From positions 1-62,996 of IMG/VR virus record IMGVR_UViG_3300030330_003618: 62,996 nucleotides of DNA; one strand, 5' to 3'. The position numbers and the translations under genes are program-made. This document shows positions 16,448 through 26,000 of the stretch, piece after piece. Source of the stretch: a virus. Lineage: Duplodnaviria > Caudoviricetes. The notes under the pieces are model-generated. The model did no database searches. It worked only from the letters and a program-made list of their open reading frames with translations, and had not been told where the DNA came from. Every line of letters starts with the position of its first letter. Within the stretch, counting starts at the first letter, position 1.

Positions 16448-17523
16448 TATTCTTTCATTTGTCTAACTCCTCCAAAACTTTCCTTTAAAACGTTCATTAT
16501 CTCATCCTTACTCATATTTTGCATAAAAGCAGGTAATTTACCTTTTCCTTCCTCCTTTTTATTTTTTGATCCTTCAGCATTTTCTAAACTAGGTAGAACA
16601 GTTTCATTTTGTCCAGCTATAATGTATTTAATGTAAGGTCTAAGATACTCTTGACTATGATACATTTGATCCATGTTTTCACCAGCGTCCATCATTTCAT
16701 AAACTGTAGTTAAAAAAGGAATGTGTTCTTCAGAAGCACCATACATAGGTGGCCTCTTATCTCCTAACCACTTATCTCCACTTGGGTTTTCTGTTATTAG
16801 ATTTTTTGTTGGATTACCAGCTTCTTCTGTTGTTTGTCTATCTACACCTGGATCAAATTTTGGTTCATCATTTTGAGGTTGATTTCCACCATAGACTGGA
16901 GAGTCTGATTCTTTTTTTACCTTACCTACATCTGTTGCTTCTCCCTTCATATGCATTTCCTTTAAACCTTTACTGCTATATTTTTTCCCTTCTGTTTCAT
17001 TTCCAAACTCATCTAATTTTGCTACCGTTTTTTTATATAACTGATATTTATCTTCATCAAATCCTTCTGTTTCATTTCCAAACTCATCTAATTCAGGCTT
17101 ACCTCCATCTTGTAAAAACGCCATTGTAGTTTTGCCTCCATGACCATACTTTACATTCATCATACCCCCATCATTATAAGGTCGAAATGTTTTTTTATGT
17201 ATTTTACCATCATCTCCTTTGAAATTTATAACATATTTGTTATTTCTTCTTTCATCTTTGCTAGCATTCTTTTTATAAGACCCATCTTTTAAAGCTTCAT
17301 TAGCTTCCTCTAAACTGTCATATATATGTCCTGAAAAAGTTTCTTTACTTTTACCTCCCTCATCATATTTCATTTTACCTCCATGCTTCATAGTTCTTAA
17401 TCGAGTGTCCCCCTTACTACCCACTTCAGGGATTAATGGCTCAGGATTAACCAACATTTGGGAATGATCACCCATTCTTTTTTTATTAATTCCTCCTCCT
17501 TGATATTTTTTATTTATTTTCAT
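16447..17523 (-). CDS. Low-complexity protein with repeated K-[YM]-x-x-G-G motifs, candidate internal virion protein
   Basis: KKYQGGG, MKHGG, KYDEGG, YNDGG, KYGHGG, LQDGG. Confidence 0.75.
   Translation of the reverse strand: MKINKKYQGGGINKKRMGDHSQMLVNPEPLIPEVGSKGDTRLRTMKHGGKMKYDEGGKSKETFSGHIYDSLEEANEALKDGSYKKNASKDERRNNKYVINFKGDDGKIHKKTFRPYNDGGMMNVKYGHGGKTTMAFLQDGGKPELDEFGNETEGFDEDKYQLYKKTVAKLDEFGNETEGKKYSSKGLKEMHMKGEATDVGKVKKESDSPVYGGNQPQNDEPKFDPGVDRQTTEEAGNPTKNLITENPSGDKWLGDKRPPMYGASEEHIPFLTTVYEMMDAGENMDQMYHSQEYLRPYIKYIIAGQNETVLPSLENAEGSKNKKEEGKGKLPAFMQNMSKDEIMNVLKESFGGVRQMKE
16988..17093. repeat. 31-bp direct repeat (16988-17018 and 17063-17093) encoding LDEFGNETEG twice
   Basis: ccttctgtttcatttccaaactcatctaatt occurs twice. 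Confidence 0.9.
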
Positions 17524-18191
17524 CTTAATAAGTATTTTATTTTACCACCTTCTATATAAAGACCTTCTGGTTGTCTTATAGCTTTACCGTTTAAATCATA
17601 TATTAAACCAGTGTTAATAGATTTTTCTATAATCTCCTGCATACCAGTATTACATGGTAAACCTGTTACACAATCAACATATTCTGTCACAGGAATTTCT
17701 ATAAATTCTATTAATGTATCAATAACAAATATTTCAACATATTCTATCACATCTATATACATAGTGTCTAATACGTCTGCATACACAGTGTCAGTAACAT
17801 ATATATATTCTGTTTCAATTACAGTTTCATATTCTATTATTGTGTCATATTCTGTTATATATTCTGTTACGTATTCTATTACTGGAACATCTACATATAC
17901 AGTATCACATTCTTGAGGTGGTGGTCCACATTCTTCAGGGGGAGTAGGTTCTGCACCGTTCTCATCACTTCCATCAACGCAATCTTCCCATCCATCATTA
18001 ATATAAAAAAGTCCACCTTCTCCATTGGGAACACATCCATTCGGTGCGTACTGAGTCCAATTAGCGGGGTCATCACCACAGAAAAAACCATTTTGTTCTA
18101 CGCAATCTAAACATAATTGCTGGAAATCGTAACCCTGAGCATTAATAAACGAGCCTATAAAAGCAAATAATATTATTAATAATTTCTTCAT
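17520..18191 (-). CDS. Secreted protein: signal peptide + LDL-receptor class A-like module + beta-rich stalk + T9SS C-terminal sorting domain (start moved to ATG 18191)
   Basis: MKKLLIILFAFIGSFINAQ; C..FFC..CVP..NDGWEDCVDGSDE; TGMQE..IYDLNGK..GLYIEGGKIKY. Confidence 0.75.
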   Translation of the reverse strand: MKKLLIILFAFIGSFINAQGYDFQQLCLDCVEQNGFFCGDDPANWTQYAPNGCVPNGEGGLFYINDGWEDCVDGSDENGAEPTPPEECGPPPQECDTVYVDVPVIEYVTEYITEYDTIIEYETVIETEYIYVTDTVYADVLDTMYIDVIEYVEIFVIDTLIEFIEIPVTEYVDCVTGLPCNTGMQEIIEKSINTGLIYDLNGKAIRQPEGLYIEGGKIKYLLR

Positions 18192-18198
18192 ATCTATT

Positions 18199-18906
18199 TT
18201 ATTTATCATAACTAAAATATTTAACTTGAAAGTCGGAACTTTGTTTTCCAACTTTATCTAATCCTTTTTCTGTTAAATGATTGTTTATAACAACCATTTG
18301 TGGTTTATCCATTTCTTTCAAAACCTCTTTGTTTTTAATTGTTCTAACAAGTCTTCCATCATAATACATTTCAATTATATCTTTTCTCCAGTTGCATCCA
18401 TATTTTATAAAATGCTTTCTAGGATCTTTAAACATCATTCCAGCACGTGCAGGAAGATTAGTTTTGGTCCCTTCTGAAATATTACCGTAGTGTATGCAAG
18501 ACTCCACTTTATTGTAGGCTAATGGATTATGTATATTAAAATGTAAGTAATCTTGTCTATTACCAGTATAACCCTCGAAAATATCTATCTCTGGGGGCCA
18601 AGGTGATCCATACATCCAAAATGCTGGCCACAAAGCATATCCCGTAGGCAGCTTAGCTTCTATCTCAAAATATCCAAAATGAAATTTCTTAATAGATGAT
18701 ATAAGTCCCACACCATAGTTAGATTTATAATCTACACCATTATGTTTAATTGTTACTGGGTTAAATTGTGTCTTTAAGTGAATTACACCTTCTTCATCAA
18801 TTTCAACAGCGGACTCATCATAATGGTTCCAAGATTTATCAGGGTGTATTTTACCCCAAGGTTCTTGACACCTCCATTTAAAACCTGACCAATTCAGTTT
18901 TTTCAT
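18199..18906 (-). CDS. Glycoside hydrolase family 16 (laminarinase/beta-glucanase-like)
   Basis: GYFEIEAKLP, WPAFWM, catalytic EIDIFE, YGCNW..YYDG. Confidence 0.92.
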   Translation of the reverse strand: MKKLNWSGFKWRCQEPWGKIHPDKSWNHYDESAVEIDEEGVIHLKTQFNPVTIKHNGVDYKSNYGVGLISSIKKFHFGYFEIEAKLPTGYALWPAFWMYGSPWPPEIDIFEGYTGNRQDYLHFNIHNPLAYNKVESCIHYGNISEGTKTNLPARAGMMFKDPRKHFIKYGCNWRKDIIEMYYDGRLVRTIKNKEVLKEMDKPQMVVINNHLTEKGLDKVGKQSSDFQVKYFSYDK

Positions 18907-18908
18907 AA

Positions 18909-19982
18909 TTAAAAGAACAAATAATTAAACCCAAACTTCACTTCATAAACTGGTTTCATCCAGTATCTCATATGGGTTCCTTCTATAAACATACCTAAAT
19001 GTTTTGTTATACGAGATCCAAATACCATGCCTGCATCCCATTCTATATTATCCCACTCCTCTCTTCCATACTCAAACGAATACTCATCCATTCCATAATG
19101 AAAAGGCATACAATTAGCCCACATGTGTAGCCAAAATTTAGGAGTGTATTTATAATATGCTATTCCAACAACAGCACTTAATTCTTTTTGCATTCCAAGC
19201 TTTTCAAGTTCTCTTTCGTTGTATCTTTCTACTGCGTCTCCGAAGTAGTGGTTGAAGAACTCATCATTCGAGGTAGCAACTAAAACGGAGTCTCCACCAC
19301 TAACATCGTACCAATTTTGATTCACATAAAAACCTTGAACCCATTGTTCTGGAGCAAACCCAAAGTCTTGAGCCAACTGTTGAAATGTAGACTCGCCAGG
19401 TACCCAGAAATCTTCTATAGGGGTTACACCATAAACTGGATGCATACGAAAAACTCCACCTATTGTGAAGTCCCAATTTCCTTTATTAATTCTAAATCTT
19501 GTATCAAATGAGTTATATCTTAAATTAACCCTCTGATTATCTTTATATTGAACTTTTGTCACGCATCTATTTCCAAGGTATCTAAGCCAGAAATTTTGCT
19601 CAGTATATTTATCCCCACGATTACGTATAAATGAATAATTAAGTAAATACTCCCAACCAGTAGCATTACCAATAGTAACATTGTCTGCAACAGCTTTTTC
19701 AGTGCCATAATACCATGTTTTAACTTTGTACTCATAATCAAATCTTGCTATTTTACGCAAGCCTATAGTTAAATTATAATCATATGGATGGACTTGGGTT
19801 ACATCCTCATAACCTTTATCAATAGCAATATAATCACCTCTCTCAACAAAAGGAGTGTTCATTGTCATTGAAGTATAAAAAGTTGAATATTTAAAAAAGT
19901 CTCCTTGACCAAGAGCAGTGGATATTCCAAACACCACTATCATCATTATTATATAAAGTATTTTACTTATGTCCTTTTTCAT
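18909..19982 (-). CDS. Putative outer-membrane beta-barrel protein
   Basis: Signal peptide, aromatic-rich alternating strands, C-terminal beta-signal-like EVKFGFNYLFF. Confidence 0.7.
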   Translation of the reverse strand: MKKDISKILYIIMMIVVFGISTALGQGDFFKYSTFYTSMTMNTPFVERGDYIAIDKGYEDVTQVHPYDYNLTIGLRKIARFDYEYKVKTWYYGTEKAVADNVTIGNATGWEYLLNYSFIRNRGDKYTEQNFWLRYLGNRCVTKVQYKDNQRVNLRYNSFDTRFRINKGNWDFTIGGVFRMHPVYGVTPIEDFWVPGESTFQQLAQDFGFAPEQWVQGFYVNQNWYDVSGGDSVLVATSNDEFFNHYFGDAVERYNERELEKLGMQKELSAVVGIAYYKYTPKFWLHMWANCMPFHYGMDEYSFEYGREEWDNIEWDAGMVFGSRITKHLGMFIEGTHMRYWMKPVYEVKFGFNYLFF

Positions 19983-19986
19983 TTTG

Positions 19987-19994
19987 TAAATATA
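19987..19994 (-). promoter_or_regulatory. -7-like element TATATTTA, 4 nt before the ATG of the beta-barrel gene
   Basis: One mismatch to TAnnTTTG; same position as other late promoters. Confidence 0.5.
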
Positions 19995-20019
19995 GTTATT
20001 TTTTTAATTACTACCTCTA

Positions 20020-23000
20020 TTACTGTGTTTTTTTATCATCTTCTCTCGCCCATACCGTCATCATATATTGAATTTGAGGATCTGTTAATATACCCTCTTC
20101 AGTAAATAATTTTTCTATAGTTTCGTATCTAGTCGTATTACCTAGAGCCTCTTTTTGAGCCTCATAAATTATAAACGCTGATGTCATCTTTTTACCCTGC
20201 TTAAAATCCATAATAGCTTGTTGAAGATCAGATTCGTATTCCCCAAAATTCCAATCCATCATAATTTTTCTAGCTATTCTGAGATCTACCTGATCCCTAT
20301 TCCATAATTTTTGATCTATCACTGGATCATTACCAAGCCTACCTTCAATCTGTCTATGAGTTTCAGCTATAACATCTTGCATTAAAAAATAATAATCATC
20401 TCTAGCATCATTACTAAAACGCAATTTTTTACCATCCACATCTACCATAGCACCTGAGTTAGGATCTTTTCTTAAAGAAAATTTTTCAGATGCCGCCTTA
20501 TAAGCTAAATTTAAGTTAGCCTGGAACCTCTCCTCTGTTTCTCTTATGTGGTCAGCTTCAGCTTGTAATTGTGTTTTTTGATTTTTAAGAAGATCAATTT
20601 CTCCAATATATCTTTTTGTTACTGGACCAAAAATGTCATTTAAAAATAAATTCATTTGATTACCGTACTTCTCTTTTTCATACTCACTTAAACCTCCAGT
20701 GGCAGCCACATAACTATGATTAACCACAGCGTTCCATGGACTTCTATCCATATTAGTGAGCATAGAGCCTAATGCTGACTTTGCAGTTGTAACACCGAAA
20801 CCTCCTTCTTTTAAACCCATTTTATCAAATCTATTAGATAAATCCCTTAACCACCTATCTTCATATTTATCATAATCACCCTCATATTGAGTATATCCAC
20901 TAGCTGCCTCATTGTAATCATTCCATACAGGTCTATTGTAAAAAGCATCATAGTTACCTAAAACTTTTAAAGATACATTTAAAAGAGGGTTTGTTGATAC
21001 CAGATCCCTAGGGTTACCTCCACCAGCTGGTATAGCTTTCTGTAGTATTCTACCGTAAGAATTTTTCTCATCACCTCTACCCCAAGGAGTATATGATGCA
21101 AAATCTTTAGACTGAATAAAGTAATCACTACCTGTTATGTGTTTAAACGCTAACCCTTCCAAAGGCAATCTAAAAACATTTAATCTAGCATCACTAGGTA
21201 TCTTTAAATATCTAGGAGTCACAATCCTATTGTCAGACAACTGATTTTTTATTTCAGCTATCCTTGCATCTCTTTCTTCTCCAATCTGCATGCTTTCAGC
21301 TATTTTTAATTGCTCTTGTAGAGCCACTTCCTTTTCTTGACTAACTATATCTGTAACTTTACCAGGTAATATTATACAGTGGTAATTTTCTCGATCATAA
21401 GGGCTAATATGATTTATATAGTATCTTCTATTTTTATATAGTTTTTCTCTTATCTTTTTCTCTAATTCCCTATTTCCACTTGCTACAGCCTTATCTAAAT
21501 TATCTTGTAATCTTTTTTCTTCATCTTCATCTAAGATATCAAAATGTTGTAAGTTCATAGCCATTAAACCAAGACCAAAAACTGAAGCCCATTGTGCTGT
21601 ATCCCAAATAAATTGCTTAGGGTTTTCACTAACATACCTAACACTCTTATCAAACACTTGTGCCGCAGCATTAAGGTAAGCAAAACCTAAAGAATCAATA
21701 AACTTAATTGCTTTACCTCCATTGTTAAAGTTAGCGTAGTCAACTGCATTAGCCACAGCTCTTTTTTTAATATTTATAAGGTCCTGACCAGTAGGCTCTT
21801 GTCCATCATTTTTTTCTTTATATTCTTGTGTGTATTTTTTAATCCACCTTCTAGTATTAGCAAGTCTACCTGTCATTTCAGAAGTTGAGTTCATAGATGC
21901 AAAAACATTTTTAATTGTATCCCATCCACTTTTTGTATTAGGGTTTGTGTAAGGAGCGTCATCACCATACAACTTAGACATTTGTTCTCTAGCTGCCTTT
22001 TCTCTAGCTTGCTCTTCATTGAGAGTGTTTTCAGGGTCTGATATTATCTCCCTTGCTCTTTTTGTTAACGCCACTTCGTCTATAGCTAAATCAGATGAAT
22101 AATCCATTAATCCATATCTAGTTAAAAACTCTAAAGATCCTCCAAGCATCTTATACTCTTGACTAAGTGGACCATTTGTAGCTGCATCATACATTACAGA
22201 AGCCCAATCAACAAATGCCACCCCAAATTTAGAACCTAAACCTAGGAAAGGTACAGGATTGGTGGCCATGCCATTATAAGTGTCTGTAAACATAACTTGC
22301 TGAGCGAAATCATAAAATATGTTAGCAACAAAGAAAAATGGTGCACCAACACCAGTAGCGAATACTTTAAGTGCACTACCACTCCACCTTAAAGGTGCAG
22401 TAAGTAATTTAAGCTTATCGCCAGCAGGAACCATTTCTCTAGGGTGAGCAAATAAACTTTGATAAGCTGCATTCTTCATAGCAAACCTAATTTTCTTACC
22501 CCCTTCGTTATAGCTCATTTCAACATATCCAGGTTTTACTTTTTCCCCATCTTTTAATATATACCCTATATCTTCTATAGACATTTGAAGACCATTAATA
22601 TACTCAAATCCTTTTTTAGTTACTTCAGATATTATATTATATATACCTTTTCTAACTTCATTCTCAGCTCTTAACTTAGCTCCTGTAGCTATCGTGTTCT
22701 GCAATAACTTAACTGGATCCATGTATAAAACACTATCACTACCCTGCTTTAACATTTTTAACGGAGACTCTAAGTGATCACCTTTGTCTGACCGACCTGA
22801 TTTTCTTTGTTCATTTAAATTTCTTTCTGCAAATATTACATAGTCAACAAATTTTCTTGGATTATATTTTAAGTTTTTAAGTTCATTATAAGTTGCTTCA
22901 TCTATTAATCCCGCTTCAAAATTTCTTTTTAGCTCATTAGAATATTCTTCAAAAAGTTTATCTGTAGTTTCTCTAATAACCTTAAAATCATTACCAAGTC

Positions 23001-26000
23001 TTTTTTTCATGTTATCAATCATACCTTGAGCAAGCTCCTTGTTCATCATAATTCTACCCTCACCTTTAGGGTTTTTAACATCTGGATGTTTCATTCTCCA
23101 AGGCCAAACCTTTTTCTTAGTAGTTGGGTCTACCATTGATTTCATTCCAGGTTTAATTTTAATAGAAATATCCTTACCACTCTTATCTTTAGTAAGATAT
23201 TCTAAATAATAACCTGATCCATCCTCATTTTTCTTAATATTGATTTTAGAGTTGTCTTTATATATATTATCTAATTGACCCTCGGCTTGTTTTATCGCTT
23301 CCTTTATAGCGGCTTTTTCTTCTTTTGTTTTAGCTTTACCAAGCTTTTTAGACAGAGTATTTAAATTCTTAATAATAACGTCAGCTGCTGATTTTTGAGC
23401 ATCAGATAAATTATCAAGCTCTATTATTCTTTCAAGTGTAGATAGTTGACCTACCAGTTTTATTTGAGCAGAAGATAAAGCTCCCCATATTCTTTTATTT
23501 GCTTGATCTATAAGTTCCTTAGCTGTTCCTGGAACTGTTAACCATAAAGTTATAGAGGCAAGTGCATTCGAAGCAGTTTCTCCCAAATTCATATCTTTAC
23601 CTATATTTCTAATAGATCTTTTTATTCTAAATTTAGTGTCTACTGTTTGTTCTTTTAACTTAACATACGACTCATCTAAAAACCTCATAAAATCTGATAA
23701 CCTTCCAAAGAAATTATCTTTACCTCTAGAGAATGCTGCATCTTGATCCTTCTGTAATTCTTCTAAAGTTTCTGTGTAATCTGAATCCGTCCACCCCTCT
23801 AGGTCTATATCAGAATTTATAGCATTAATCATTTCAAGAGTTTGTCTTTCTCTCATCTCTTTTAATCTAACCTCCTCCTCTTCAAGTTTAGCCGCTTCCT
23901 CTTCTGTTAATTCAGTTTCACCAGAGACACCAGGTTCTTTAGGGTTAAATAATCCTTCTTGCTCAGATATAAAGTTTTTAAATAATTCTCTTATCTCAGC
24001 CTCTTGGTCTGGTATAAAATTATCCCCATCCTTTTGAGCCTTTTTTATATAATCTATAGCTGCATCTACAGCTTTAGCTACACTAGAAGTAGCCCTAAGA
24101 ACAACAGAAGCTGTTTTAATAGCCGCCCTAATAATAGGTATAGACATAAACGGATCTGCGTAAGCATTTCCACCTAAATCTTTATATATCTGATCTAGTT
24201 TATCTGCAAAGTCTATTAAGATTTGAAAACGCTGAACGCTTCTGCTAGAATACTCATCTCCTGTTCTGAGATCTGAGATGTCCTGGGCGTTGTCCCCGCT
24301 ATTAATAGCTCTTTGCCTTCTGGCAAGCTCTCTATTGATGTCTGTTTCAAACGACTTTTCTTGTCTTGTAGTTGTTTCGTATTCCCCATTTGTAAAAACT
24401 TTTGTGTTAATATATCCATTTTCTACGGTATTAAAAATATCTTCACCGTATTTTTCTTGTATTTCTTTTATAGCTTTATCTGCACCTTCCACCCATTTAG
24501 ATTCAAAATCCTTAACATTACCTACTGTTAACCCCTCTCCCATAGGCTTCATTAAATATTCAGGAATAAACTGCATTGATAAACCTATAACTTCTCCTTT
24601 TTGATTGTAATTTACAGTCATTCCCTCAACACCATTAGGACCAAAATGCTCATTAGCAAACATTCTAGCATCAGTCAGAGTCATAGGAGAATCAAACTCT
24701 ATTCTTCTAAAAGGTCTAGCGTTAGGATCTTGTTCTGTTGTTACTTTAGATGCGAACACAGACTCTTGTTCATTGTTAATAGCTGTAGTTAACAACTCAT
24801 CAAATAAAGGGGATAAATCTGTTCCTGCATCAACTAACATTTCTAAATTTATAGTATCTTCTACTTGATTCATATATATACCTTCTGACTGGTATGGTCT
24901 TCCCATAGCACCTAACTGAGCAACTATAGCATCTAAGTTTTGAAGTGCTTGATCCATCCTTACAGAACCTTGCATGGTTGCCGCTATCACAGCAGAAATT
25001 TCTTCATCGGTAGCATTTCTTTCTAAAGCCTTTTGAATAGCTCTAGCCGCAGCACTATATATTCTTCTTTTTTGATCTGGACTTGTGTTACCTATAAATG
25101 TGCTAGCACCTATCATAACTCTATCTGTTATCTCAGCAGATTTAACAGCATTCGTCATAGTTGCTTGATCTTTAGCTGTACCAGTTCTGTCGGCTCCACT
25201 AAAACCAGACTCGTCATATATTTGTTTTTCTATAAACCACATAGCAGCCTGTAGATCGTCAGGGTTTAAGTTCAACTTCTTGGCAGCTATAGCATATACA
25301 CTTTGTGCAAAAGCAAAATCTTTATTTCCTACTGTTGTTTCTTGAGACTGTCTTCTTCTAAATGGCACAAACCCCCCTTGAGAATATAATATTCTTCTCA
25401 TATTTCTAGCAGCCCAAACATCAATAGTAGCACTTCTATCTCTTAAGGATAAGTTGTTGTAAAACTGTCCTGTTTTATTAGCTGGATTATTAGATAACCA
25501 ATTACCATATAAAACCCTGACAATACCTGAAGTAACTACTGGAAGACCGAATGATTTTCCGTTTTTCTTTTTTATAGCAGATACAACATCTTTATCAGAA
25601 GAAGCTTGTCTTATAAGCTCTTTAGCTTTAAATAAAGCTTTTTTACCTGTACCAAAAACACCTTGATCATACTGAGCCATTATAGCTTTAACCTTATTGT
25701 CATATATCTGTAAAGACTCATCAAACTTACCCTCTGAGTAAGATTTTAAAACTTCAATAGATTTTCTGAAGTTAACTTGAGGTGGTGCTTGTGGAGATGT
25801 AACTCCTAGTAACTCAAAGAATATTGGTGCATTTCCACCAAATTTCTGTTGTATTAAGTTTTTTGTTTTACTATACCAACCTGTAGCCTTTTTTAAATCT
25901 ATTTTAGAACTATTAGCGTTAAAATCTTGAATAAGTAAATCTGAAGCTAATTCTATTTTTTGCTGCTCACTTAACCCCTGAAAGATAGGAGCTCCACTAA

